Positions 39,954 to 50,595 of a stretch of 53,290 nucleotides of DNA are shown piece by piece. The notes beneath the pieces were generated by a model. The model made no database searches. It was not told the origin of the DNA and saw only the letters and a list, made by a program, of their open reading frames with translations. How positions within the stretch are numbered: position 1 is the stretch's first letter; each line of letters opens with the position of its first letter. Source of the DNA: a virus (lineage: Duplodnaviria; Caudoviricetes); IMG/VR virus record IMGVR_UViG_3300033143_003883, positions 1 through 53,290 of that record; one strand, 5' to 3'. Position numbers and translations under genes: made by a program.

Positions 39954-41097
39954 AAAATCTAAATATGATGTTTACATTGGTCGTCCTTCTAAGTGGGCAA
40001 ATCCATTTTTCATTGGAAAAGATGGCACGAGAAAAGAAGTAATAGAAAAATATAAAAAATGGATATTATCTCAACCAAAATTAATTAAACAAGCTAAGAA
40101 AGAACTTAAAAATAAAATTCTCGGTTGCTGGTGTTCTCCAAAACCGTGTCATGGAGATATTTTAATGAAAATTGCTAATGAAAAAAATAAAATGAAAAGA
40201 CTTGTATTAATAGATGGAAATAATTTAGCATATCGTTCTTTTTTTACTCATATTAAATTTTTTAATTCAAAAGGAAAGCATACTGGTGTAATATTTGGTA
40301 TTATGCAATCACTATTATTTTTACGAAACAAGATTAATATTTTTTCTGAACAAATGGTAATAGTTTGGGATCATGGCAAATGTACTTATAGAAAGAATCC
40401 ATATGCCAAATATAAAGGTGGCAGAACTAATTATGCTGAAACTGTAGAAGAATTTAAGTATTTTTATCCTGAAATTGAAGAAACACAATCTATTATAAAT
40501 AAAATGGGCATACAACAAATTAAAGTTAAAGGTGTTGAAGCTGATGATTTGATAGGAATTATATCTTCTAAGTTTAGAAAAATATTTGATGAAATAATTA
40601 TTATTACTTGTGATAAAGATTTTTGGCAATTAATAAGAGATAATGTAAAAGTTTATGATCCAATGAAAAAAGTTTTTATAGATGATAAATATATTAAGAA
40701 AGTTTTAGGTATTTCAAGAAAATTTTATAAAGATTATAAAGCATTAGTCGGTGATAAATCTGATAATATTAGTGGAATTAATGGAATAGGTCCCAAACGA
40801 GCAATGGCATTGATTAATGAACATGGAAACATTAAAGCTATGATTAAAGCAGGTAAGATTCAAAAAGATGATATTAAAAAGCTTAAACTTTTTAAAAAAT
40901 TAGTTACTATCATTAAAAAATTTGACAATAGTTTATTTGACGATGCTCAAAAAATAAAAACAAAGAAAAGAATAAAAAAAATAAAACATAAGATTCAAAA
41001 TCAATTATTAACAAATATTAAGGAGACAAGAAAGAAATTTATTGAACTTGAATTTAAAAGTTTAATGAATTCACTTAATAAATTTTATGGATATTAA
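39931..41097 (+). CDS. DUF4326-like domain fused to a 5'-3' exonuclease (FEN/RNase H, PolA N-terminal type)
   Basis: VYIGRPSKW.NPF...LGCWC.P.PCHGD; then LIDGNN, YKGGR, EADD, DKD and GDKSDNI.G..GIGPK.A. Confidence 0.88.
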   Translation: MIKVVHCKKSKYDVYIGRPSKWANPFFIGKDGTRKEVIEKYKKWILSQPKLIKQAKKELKNKILGCWCSPKPCHGDILMKIANEKNKMKRLVLIDGNNLAYRSFFTHIKFFNSKGKHTGVIFGIMQSLLFLRNKINIFSEQMVIVWDHGKCTYRKNPYAKYKGGRTNYAETVEEFKYFYPEIEETQSIINKMGIQQIKVKGVEADDLIGIISSKFRKIFDEIIIITCDKDFWQLIRDNVKVYDPMKKVFIDDKYIKKVLGISRKFYKDYKALVGDKSDNISGINGIGPKRAMALINEHGNIKAMIKAGKIQKDDIKKLKLFKKLVTIIKKFDNSLFDDAQKIKTKKRIKKIKHKIQNQLLTNIKETRKKFIELEFKSLMNSLNKFYGY

Positions 41098-41878
41098 AAT
41101 TACAAAACATACTTTGAAGAATATTGGCATTGATTGTAAATTTATGAGTGCAATTGATATTAATAATAATCAAGTTATGAATATGGTTTATAAAAAATTA
41201 AGCAATCAGCATAAATCTTTTTTAACACAATTATCAATTATAAAATTTAAAAGAAAAAAGAAAAAATATATATACAAACCAAAATTTAACAATATTGTTT
41301 TAGATATAATTAAATTTTTTGCTGAAGCTGTCGATCAAATTATTGAAAAAAATAATAATAAATATAAAAAATTTATAAATTGTCATGCTATTAGAGCATC
41401 TATATCTATACCAAATCACATATATGCAGTCGACGATTTAATTAATTATGGATATGAAGAATTATTTCGTGCAAAAAAGATTTATAGAAGAAAATCACTT
41501 GCTTCTTTTGATACTTTTTTTACATCATGTTTAATTCAACGTTATAAAAATTTATCACGAAATTTATATTTATATAAATATGGTAATGTTGCCAAGACTT
41601 TATCTATAGAAGAATTGGAACAAAGAGGCCGTGAATCTGGTTCTAATTTTACTCCAGCAATTTTTAATGATGATAGATTTATTGAGAAAATAGATAGAGC
41701 TGTATTATTTAATAAGATTTACAAACGTTTACCAAAGAGATGTAATCAAAAAAAGATATTTGCCATGTTAATATCTGGTCATACTTTATTTGAAATTAGA
41801 AAAACATTTTCTAGAGATCATGTTAGAAAATTTATTATAAAAATTAATACAATATCAAAAAGAATGAAAATTTCATAG
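41087..41878 (+). CDS. Putative phage sigma-factor-like protein
   Basis: DDLI..G..EL..A...Y.....SF.TF resembles region 2; C-terminal LP....IF.M..SG.T..EI resembles region 4 HTH. Confidence 0.55.
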   Translation: MDIKITKHTLKNIGIDCKFMSAIDINNNQVMNMVYKKLSNQHKSFLTQLSIIKFKRKKKKYIYKPKFNNIVLDIIKFFAEAVDQIIEKNNNKYKKFINCHAIRASISIPNHIYAVDDLINYGYEELFRAKKIYRRKSLASFDTFFTSCLIQRYKNLSRNLYLYKYGNVAKTLSIEELEQRGRESGSNFTPAIFNDDRFIEKIDRAVLFNKIYKRLPKRCNQKKIFAMLISGHTLFEIRKTFSRDHVRKFIIKINTISKRMKIS

Positions 41879-41892
41879 AAAGGAAAATTTAA

Positions 41893-43110
41893 ATGATTCA
41901 TTTACATAATCATTCTGTATTTAGTTTTTTAGATAGTATTGTTAAAATTGATGATTATATTGAAAAGACCAAGGAGTTAGGAGTAAAATATTTATCATTA
42001 ACAGATCATGGTAATTTATGTGGAATATTTGAATTATATAAAAAGTGTAAAAAAAATAACATTACTCCTATAATTGGATGTGAGTTTTATTACAGTGAAG
42101 GTGAAAAGGTTAGAGCTAAAGATCATCTTGTTGTAATTGCAAAAAATAATGAAGGTCTTAGAAATTTATTTGAATTATCTTCTAAATCATATTTAACAGG
42201 ATTTTATTATAGACCTACAATTCATTTTAAAGATTTATTAACATATAGAAAAGGATTAATAATATCAACAGCATGTATTGGAGGAACTATTCCAAAATTT
42301 TTATTAAATAATCAATTTGATGATGCTTATAATCATGCTAAAAAATTTATGGAAAATTTTGAAGATTTTTATTTAGAGATGCAGTTGCATAATGTTCAAA
42401 AACAAGTTATCGTTAATAATGGCATTGCTAGAATTAGTCACAAATTAGGAATTCCATTAGTTATGACTAATGATGTACATTATATTGATAAACGTGATAA
42501 TGCTATACAAGATTTTGTTTCTATGATAAGAATGAACAGAACTATAAAAAATCATGTTTATAATGATTTTCGTGATTTATATTTTAAAACTGATGATGAT
42601 TTATATAATAATTTTAAAAATATGAAAAAAGCAATGAATGGTGTTGGCAAAATTGATTTTTCACAATCTATGGAGAATACATATAAAATAGCAGAAATGA
42701 TTAAAAAAGGAAATATTAAAATTGATCAATCTTTGAAATTACCTAAAATAGATATTAAAAATAGCAAAAAAGAATTAAAATCTATAGTTGAAACTAATTT
42801 TAAAAATAAAATTGACAATAATATTATTGGTAAAGATCAGATTATACAATATCGTGAGCGAATTGAAACAGAATATGATGTAATATTTTCAAAAAGTTTT
42901 CAAGATTATTTTTTAGTCATAGAAGATATAATTAAATATTGTAACAATAATGATATTTATGTTGGAATTGGTAGAGGTAGTGCTGGTGGAAGTTTAGTGG
43001 CATATTTGCTTGGAATAACACAGCTTGACCCTATTAAATATGGTTTAAAATTTGAAAGATTCATAACTAAGAAAAGAAGTAAATTACAAATGATTTTAGA
43101 TATGGAGTAG
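41893..43110 (+). CDS. dnaE: DNA polymerase III alpha, N-terminal part (PHP domain plus start of palm)
   Basis: HLHNHS.FS.LD, TDHG, TAC..G, TNDVHY and GRGSAGGSLVAYLLGIT..DP...GL.FERF. Confidence 0.93.
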   Translation: MIHLHNHSVFSFLDSIVKIDDYIEKTKELGVKYLSLTDHGNLCGIFELYKKCKKNNITPIIGCEFYYSEGEKVRAKDHLVVIAKNNEGLRNLFELSSKSYLTGFYYRPTIHFKDLLTYRKGLIISTACIGGTIPKFLLNNQFDDAYNHAKKFMENFEDFYLEMQLHNVQKQVIVNNGIARISHKLGIPLVMTNDVHYIDKRDNAIQDFVSMIRMNRTIKNHVYNDFRDLYFKTDDDLYNNFKNMKKAMNGVGKIDFSQSMENTYKIAEMIKKGNIKIDQSLKLPKIDIKNSKKELKSIVETNFKNKIDNNIIGKDQIIQYRERIETEYDVIFSKSFQDYFLVIEDIIKYCNNNDIYVGIGRGSAGGSLVAYLLGITQLDPIKYGLKFERFITKKRSKLQMILDME

Positions 43111-43113
43111 TTT

Positions 43114-45723
43114 ATGTTAACTAAAAAATCATTAAAAAATATTTGTATTAAAAGATTGAAAAAAAGAAACTTATATAATAAAGTTTACATTAATATTTTA
43201 AAAAAAGAGCTAAAAGCTATTCATAAGCAAGATTATTATAAATATTTTAATAAATTAATAAAAAATAAAATAAAATTTGATCAAAATAAAAATGGTTTAT
43301 TGATAGCATATTTATTAAATTTAACTAAAGTTAATCCTATTGAAGATAAAATTAAACATAAATTTTTATTGCATGGTGATTATCCAGATATCGATCAAGA
43401 TATAGAAGATATTAGACGTGATGATGTTAAACAATATCTTGCTAATAAATATGGAAAAAATAATATTAGCAATATTATATCTTTTACTAGATTGAGAGTT
43501 AAATCATTATTGCATGATTTGGCAAGAATTTATGGAATATCTAATGAAGTAATTCCAATATCTAAAATTATTAAAACTAATGAAACATATGAACAAGCGT
43601 GTGAAAAATATAAAGAATTACAAGATTTTAAAAATAAAATGCAGAATGGGAGTAAACAAGATAAATTATTTTTTAGAGCATTGGAAAAATTAGATGGAGC
43701 ATATAGACACTATGCAACACATGCTTCTGGTTTTGTAATATCACCTATAAGATTGTCCAGCGTTTTGCCGTTAATGAAACGTGCTGGTCAAGATATTATA
43801 TTAACAGGATGGTGTGAAGGTCAAGATGCTGAAGAAAAACGTGAATTAACAGATATAGGATTAATTAAATTTGATTTATTAGGTTTATCATCATTAACTA
43901 TTGTACATCAAGCTGTTAGATTTATTAAAGAAATAAATCATGATTTTAAATTAGTTTTTGAACAATTAGATTTAACAGATAAAAAAGTTTTAGATGCATT
44001 TAAAAAGGCAAGATCTATAGCAACATTTCAATTTGAATCTCCAGGAATTAGAAAATTTCTTAAAAAAATGCAGCCAGATCGTTTTGAAGATTTAATAGCA
44101 GCAAATGCTTTATATCGTCCAGGTCCTATTGAGTCTGGAATGTTAGATATATTTATAGAAAATAAAAAAAATCCTGATAAAATACAATATATAGATAATA
44201 GACTTGAGCCAATTTTACATGAGACTTATGGGTGTCTAGTTTATCAAGAACAAATAATGGAAATTTGTGCAGTTTTAGGAAATTATAGCCCAGAAGAAAC
44301 TAATGATATACGTAAATTATTAACTAAATTTATACAAAAAGGATCAGATCTACCAAAAAATATTATAAAAAAATTAGCAATACAGAAGAAAAAATTGATA
44401 AAACGTTTTATTGACAATGGTATTGAATCATCTAAGGCTGAGATTATACTTAAACAATTAATGGAATTTAATAAATATTCATTTAATAAATCTCATAGTG
44501 CTGTATATGCATCATTAGCATTCATATGTCAATATTTAAAAGTTTATTATCCACTTGAATATATGACTGCTTCTTTAATTTATGTGTCTAATGATTCTTA
44601 TTTAGAATCATATATTAAAGAATCTGTGCGATTAAAATTAAAATTTGCCGGTATAGATATTAATAAATCTAAATTTAATTTTTATACTGATCATGAGAAA
44701 ATATATATGGGATTTAATAAGATTTTTGGATGTGCAATAAAATCTGCAACAGTTTTACAAGATAATCAACCATATGATAATATTGATGATTTTATGCGAA
44801 AGATTAAGGGAAAACGTATTAATAAAACTATATTAAAAAGTTTATTTCAAGTTGGTGCTTTTAATCGTTTTTTTAATGATAGAATAAATAATGCCAAAGA
44901 TAAAAATGAAGAACAGATTATCAAACAGCAAATTAAGATTGAAATTATTAAAAAATTAAAAATTGAAGAAGAAAATATTTATGTATATGGTTTAGATAAT
45001 TATATAGATTTAAATATTTTACAAGATATTTTAAGAACTGATGAAAATTGTTTAAGACATATATATGGTGATAGTTATAAAAAATTTAATGATTTAGTTA
45101 GATTAAATGTTCATAAAGCTCAGTGTCAAAAATGTGATTTAAGTCAATTAAAGGAAAATATTAATAAAATTTCTATAGGAGATCGTCTTGAAAAGAAAAA
45201 ATCTATTGATATTATGATTATCAATGATACTCCTTATTGTAGGCGTATGGGAAATCGAGCTTCTTATGATTTACAGATATCTAAAATGATTAAAAAATTA
45301 GCGACCAAACATAATAAAAACGTATATTTCGTTAATGCGATTAGTTGTTCTGACAGATATTCTAAAAATTTTGAACCGCAAACGATGAATGGCTGTAAAG
45401 AATGGTTATTTAATGAGATTCTTATATTAAAACCTAAATTAATTATTACTATAGGAAAATTAACACGAGAATTATTTGGTGGAAATTATAATGATTTTCA
45501 TAAGTTGTTTTTGGGCAATAAAAATTGGAAAGTATATTGCACATATAATCCATATTATATATTACTTGATAATAAAAGAAAGCTGAAAGAAGATGAAGAA
45601 TATATTAAATCACTAAAAACAGAAGATAAGAAAGAGATTGATGCTTTAGTTTCAGAAGAAGCGGAGAAAAGAAAAAATACTTTTTTTAGAAAAAAAATAT
45701 TAAAATTATTAAAAAAAATTTAA
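43114..45723 (+). CDS. dnaE: DNA polymerase III alpha, catalytic C-terminal part, fused to a degenerate UDG family-4-like domain
   Basis: PDIDQD, HASG, KFDLLGL, FQFES, ALYRPGP, YQEQIM and YSFNKSH; C-terminal CQKCDL...NAISC...C..WL..EI..LKPK.I...GK...TYNP. Confidence 0.9.
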   Translation: MLTKKSLKNICIKRLKKRNLYNKVYINILKKELKAIHKQDYYKYFNKLIKNKIKFDQNKNGLLIAYLLNLTKVNPIEDKIKHKFLLHGDYPDIDQDIEDIRRDDVKQYLANKYGKNNISNIISFTRLRVKSLLHDLARIYGISNEVIPISKIIKTNETYEQACEKYKELQDFKNKMQNGSKQDKLFFRALEKLDGAYRHYATHASGFVISPIRLSSVLPLMKRAGQDIILTGWCEGQDAEEKRELTDIGLIKFDLLGLSSLTIVHQAVRFIKEINHDFKLVFEQLDLTDKKVLDAFKKARSIATFQFESPGIRKFLKKMQPDRFEDLIAANALYRPGPIESGMLDIFIENKKNPDKIQYIDNRLEPILHETYGCLVYQEQIMEICAVLGNYSPEETNDIRKLLTKFIQKGSDLPKNIIKKLAIQKKKLIKRFIDNGIESSKAEIILKQLMEFNKYSFNKSHSAVYASLAFICQYLKVYYPLEYMTASLIYVSNDSYLESYIKESVRLKLKFAGIDINKSKFNFYTDHEKIYMGFNKIFGCAIKSATVLQDNQPYDNIDDFMRKIKGKRINKTILKSLFQVGAFNRFFNDRINNAKDKNEEQIIKQQIKIEIIKKLKIEEENIYVYGLDNYIDLNILQDILRTDENCLRHIYGDSYKKFNDLVRLNVHKAQCQKCDLSQLKENINKISIGDRLEKKKSIDIMIINDTPYCRRMGNRASYDLQISKMIKKLATKHNKNVYFVNAISCSDRYSKNFEPQTMNGCKEWLFNEILILKPKLIITIGKLTRELFGGNYNDFHKLFLGNKNWKVYCTYNPYYILLDNKRKLKEDEEYIKSLKTEDKKEIDALVSEEAEKRKNTFFRKKILKLLKKI

Positions 45724-45748
45724 CATTTTAAAATATTTCTGATATAAT
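45720..45748 (+). promoter_or_regulatory. Sigma70-type promoter
   Basis: TTAACA-17 nt-TATAAT with extended -10 TG; 6 nt before the next ATG. Confidence 0.7.
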
Positions 45749-45754
45749 GTAATT

Positions 45755-46198
45755 ATGAAAAAAGAAAAAAAGAAAAATAAATATGAAAAAGATTTAGAAA
45801 TAGATAGACGATTTTTAGATGAAGAGCTTGCCAAACAACCTATATTATATCATAAATATGGAAAGTTAGCAGAAAGAGCACTTGAAAAATTTAAATCAGA
45901 AGAAATTGAGCTAGATAGAATACAGAGTAAGCTTCATTTAAGATTTAAGAAATTAAAAATATCAGAAACTAAATATAAAATGACCGATAAGACAATTGAT
46001 GCCATGATTAAAAAACATAAAAAATATAGAAAACAAGCAAAAATTATGCTTCATGCTCAACGTATATATGGCTATTTTAAATCTGCTGTTAAATCATTTG
46101 AACAAAGAAATCAAATGTTGATACAGATAAGTTCTAATAAGAGAAAAGAAAAAGAAATGATTAATAGTCTTAAAAAAAGAAAAAATGAAGACGAATAG
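45755..46198 (+). CDS. Probable recombination mediator (UvsY-like helical protein)
   Basis: L.ID...LDEE...QP, TDK.I and FEQR..ML..IS...R pattern; adjacent to SSB and RecA. Confidence 0.5.
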   Translation: MKKEKKKNKYEKDLEIDRRFLDEELAKQPILYHKYGKLAERALEKFKSEEIELDRIQSKLHLRFKKLKISETKYKMTDKTIDAMIKKHKKYRKQAKIMLHAQRIYGYFKSAVKSFEQRNQMLIQISSNKRKEKEMINSLKKRKNEDE

Positions 46199-46265
46199 GA
46201 GGTGATGTTTAAAAAATAAAATAATTAAATATGTAAATAATTAAATTAAACCAAGGAGGTTTAAA

Positions 46266-47306
<1,041 letters not shown>

Positions 47307-47325
47307 TAAGATATTGATGATAATC

Positions 47326-47353
47326 AGCCGAGGGTAGCAAATTGCCCTCGGCT
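47326..47353 (+). promoter_or_regulatory. GC-rich stem-loop between ssb and recA
   Basis: AGCCGAGGGTA / TGCCCTCGGCT; no U-tract; ends just before the GAGG RBS. Confidence 0.6.
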
Positions 47354-47371
47354 ATCAATGAGGTACTTAGA

Positions 47372-48547
47372 ATGCCAAAGAAAAGCAAGGATAATTTTGA
47401 CAATATGTTTAATGATATTGTAAAATCATTAGGAAAAAAAATGGGAAAAAAATCAGTTGCTTATGTAAAGTCTATTACTGACTGGATTCCTACAAATATA
47501 AAAGCAATTGATAAATCATTAGGATTTGGTTTTCCTTGCGGTGCATTAGCTGAAGTTTATGGAGAATTTAAAACTGGTAAGACTTTATTAGCTACATATA
47601 TACTTGCAGAAACTATAAGGCAAGGTGGTATTGCTGTTTTAATCGATACAGAATATAAATATAATCCTAAACTTGCAAAGATTGCAGGTCTTGATCCTAG
47701 CAAAATTATTTCTATAAAGGCAAAGTATACCGAAGATGTGATAATAAAAATTGGACAAGTAATAGATACTATTAGAGAAAAACAAAAAGATAAAAGTAAA
47801 AAACAAAAATTAACAATAGTTTGGGATTCTGTTGCTGCTACTCCTTCAAAAAAAGAATATAAATTAGGTGTTGAAAAAGCAGAAATGGCAGAGAGAGCAC
47901 GTATTAATTCAAAAGGATTAAGAATTTTAACTGAAAAAATAGCTGAAAATAATACTTGCGTTATTTTTGTAAATCAAATACGATCTAAAATTGGAGTTAT
48001 GTTTGGTCAAAATTGGGATACTGTAGGTGGTAAAGCAATTAAATATCATGCTTCTTTGCGAGTTCATATGAAGGGTGCTAAAAAAATTAGAAATAAAAAG
48101 AAAAAAGTTATTGGTATTATTGGTGGTTTAGAAGTTACAAAAAATGATACTGGAGCAATTCCTTGGCAACAAGTTTCTTTTGAATTATATTTTAATAAAG
48201 GAATCAAACCTTATTCTGGATATATTGAATGGTTAGAATTTAATGATTTAGTAGTTAAAGTCAAAGCTAAATTAACAGATGAAGAAAAAGAATTAAGAAA
48301 AAGAATGTCTAAAGAAGAGAAGAAAAAACTTAAAGAAGAAGAAAAGAAGAAGGGAAAAAGCAGAGCACGTTATTATTTTGTTGATGATCCAAATAAAGAA
48401 CAATTTTCTATCAAAGAATTAGACAAGATGTTAGAAAAATTTCCTATATTAGATAAAATAAATTTAATTGATGATGAATATGAGAAATATTTTATATACA
48501 GCGAAGATGATGATGAAAATAATAATTTAGAAGAAAAATTAAATTAA
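47372..48547 (+). CDS. recA: RecA/UvsX-like recombinase
   Basis: EVYGEFKTGKT, IDTE, WDSVAA, NQIR.KIG..FG, GG.A.KY.AS.R and KN; ATG 47372 preferred because of the GAGG RBS. Confidence 0.92.
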   Translation: MPKKSKDNFDNMFNDIVKSLGKKMGKKSVAYVKSITDWIPTNIKAIDKSLGFGFPCGALAEVYGEFKTGKTLLATYILAETIRQGGIAVLIDTEYKYNPKLAKIAGLDPSKIISIKAKYTEDVIIKIGQVIDTIREKQKDKSKKQKLTIVWDSVAATPSKKEYKLGVEKAEMAERARINSKGLRILTEKIAENNTCVIFVNQIRSKIGVMFGQNWDTVGGKAIKYHASLRVHMKGAKKIRNKKKKVIGIIGGLEVTKNDTGAIPWQQVSFELYFNKGIKPYSGYIEWLEFNDLVVKVKAKLTDEEKELRKRMSKEEKKKLKEEEKKKGKSRARYYFVDDPNKEQFSIKELDKMLEKFPILDKINLIDDEYEKYFIYSEDDDENNNLEEKLN

Positions 48548-48552
48548 TAAAA

Positions 48553-49374
48553 ATGAAAATTTTATTTTCTACTGACTTACATGGTAATTCTTTTAAATAT
48601 CAAAAATTAATTCAGCTAAGTAATGATTATGATATTCTCATAATTGGTGCTGATATATTGCCTAAAAATTCTTTAGATGTACATCAAGCACAATATTATT
48701 TTGTACAAAATTTTCTTCCAATATTTTTTTCTAAAATTAAAATTCCTATAATAATTGATTTTGGCAATGATGATCATAAATATTTTTATAAAGATTTTCA
48801 AAAAATGATTAAACGATTTAATCATGTATTTATTTCACATTTAAATGAAGTTATTATTAATGATATTAGTTTTATAGGAATGCATTATGTGCCTGATTAT
48901 CCATTTGGTTTAAAAGATTGGTGTCGTAAAGATAATGAAGATTATGTAGTTGATCCTATTCAATATGGTACTCCTTGTATATCGTCTAATAATGGTTATC
49001 AAACCATATTTAATTTATATACTTATTTCAATGAGAGATTTAGCATAGAGGAAAATTTAAAAAGACTATCTGAATCTAGTAAACAAAAAGTCATATATTT
49101 ATTTCATAGTCCTCCAAGAACTTTGGGCTTAGATATATGTGCAGATGGTAGAGCAGTTGGTTCAAGAGCAACAACTAAATTTATTGAAAAAGAACAACCA
49201 TATGCATGTTTATCTGGTCATATTCATGAATCTTTTGATATGACAGATATATTTTATAATACGATAAATAAAACTATTTGTGTTCAGCCAGGACAGTCTC
49301 AAGATAACGATTTAGTTTATTGTTCATTTAATACAGACAATATTGAAGAAACTATAGAAAGGAAAGTTATATGA
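48553..49374 (+). CDS. Calcineurin-like metallophosphoesterase
   Basis: DLHG, GAD, GNDD, HSPP and GHIHE. Confidence 0.88.
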   Translation: MKILFSTDLHGNSFKYQKLIQLSNDYDILIIGADILPKNSLDVHQAQYYFVQNFLPIFFSKIKIPIIIDFGNDDHKYFYKDFQKMIKRFNHVFISHLNEVIINDISFIGMHYVPDYPFGLKDWCRKDNEDYVVDPIQYGTPCISSNNGYQTIFNLYTYFNERFSIEENLKRLSESSKQKVIYLFHSPPRTLGLDICADGRAVGSRATTKFIEKEQPYACLSGHIHESFDMTDIFYNTINKTICVQPGQSQDNDLVYCSFNTDNIEETIERKVI

Positions 49375-50408
49375 AATTTTTAATTTTTTCTGATATGCAT
49401 TTTAATAATTGGCCACAATTTTCTAAGATTTTAGATAGTGGTATTAATAGTAGATTGGCTAATCAAATAAATGTTACAAAACAAATTATTAAATATTGTA
49501 TTAAACATAATATTAAAACTGTATTTCATTTAGGAGATATGGTTGATTCTAAAAGATCTATTCATACAGATACACTTCATTTTATATTTAAAGTTTTACC
49601 ATTATTTAAGAAGAATGGCATAAAATTATATCATATAAATGGTAATCATGATTATTATGAAGAGTCTGGACGTATCTATTCTTCTAAAATTTTATCACGT
49701 ATAGCCAAAGTTATTGCAAAATATAAGAAAATAGTTATCGGAGATATTGCTTTTCATTGTTTACCCTACATTTCTTCAATAGATAAAATTCGTAGTGTAA
49801 TGTCTAATATTGAAATTGATAAACATAAAATTAATATTTTATTATCTCATATGGGTTTGCAAGAAGCAAAAGTTGGTCCAGAAGAATTAGTTATACATGA
49901 AGGATTATCAGTAAATGATATTGAAAATCGTTTCGATTATATATTCTTGGGACATTATCATAAACATCAGATAATAAATAATAATGTTTATTATGTTGGA
50001 TCTCCACTTATGCATAATTTTGGAGAACGAAATGATACAAAAGGTTTTATAGTTGTTGATCAGGATAGTAAAAAATTTAAGATAGATTTTATTGAAACAA
50101 AAGCACCTAAATTTATAGAAAAGCATATTGATAAAATTGATGAAATAGCAGATATAAAAGCAAAGCATTCTAATGATTTTGTTAAAATTATTGCTGATAA
50201 TAAAATTAATTTAAATACTATTGATATAGATGATAATATTGTTATTGAAAATAATTATACTAATGAAGATGATATTGAAAATCGTTTAGATATTGATTCT
50301 GGAACAAGTATTAATGAGATAATAAATAAATTTATTGATAAGATTGATATAGAATTTTTAAATAAAGATAAATTAAAAAAAATAGGAAAGGAGATTATAA
50401 ATGGCTAA
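49371..50408 (+). CDS. sbcD: SbcD/Mre11/gp47-like nuclease
   Basis: SDMH, LGD, GNHD, GHYH and Y.GSP...NFGE. Confidence 0.9.
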   Translation: MKFLIFSDMHFNNWPQFSKILDSGINSRLANQINVTKQIIKYCIKHNIKTVFHLGDMVDSKRSIHTDTLHFIFKVLPLFKKNGIKLYHINGNHDYYEESGRIYSSKILSRIAKVIAKYKKIVIGDIAFHCLPYISSIDKIRSVMSNIEIDKHKINILLSHMGLQEAKVGPEELVIHEGLSVNDIENRFDYIFLGHYHKHQIINNNVYYVGSPLMHNFGERNDTKGFIVVDQDSKKFKIDFIETKAPKFIEKHIDKIDEIADIKAKHSNDFVKIIADNKINLNTIDIDDNIVIENNYTNEDDIENRLDIDSGTSINEIINKFIDKIDIEFLNKDKLKKIGKEIING

Positions 50409-50592
50409 AGAAAACTTAAGACAATATAAAAATAATTTGCATATAGTTAAAAAGGCTTTAAGATTAGTTAACAGATATCGTAATCCCAATATTGCAATAT
50501 CAAAAGAAGATGATGAATTTTTAGACAAAGCATTTCAAATAGTAGATGGTGAAATTGAAAATGTTATAACTTTATTAGAGGTGACGGAATAA
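50401..50592 (+). CDS. Small hypothetical protein
   Basis: AAGGAG RBS; overlaps the sbcD stop. Confidence 0.6.
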   Translation: MAKENLRQYKNNLHIVKKALRLVNRYRNPNIAISKEDDEFLDKAFQIVDGEIENVITLLEVTE

Positions 50593-50595
50593 TTT

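Noticed and set aside
42684-42710. KIAEMIK in DnaE as another leader copy
   Set aside because: It matches the ordinary NT..IA motif at the end of DnaE PHP domains; coincidental.
43108-43116. Amber read-through or recoded TAG joining the two in-frame dnaE parts (TAG TTT ATG)
   Set aside because: TAG is a genuine stop elsewhere (1521, 13153, 17992, 30557, 46198), long genes lack internal TAGs, part 2 has its own RBS, and a fusion would contain a duplicated segment. Low-level read-through cannot be excluded.
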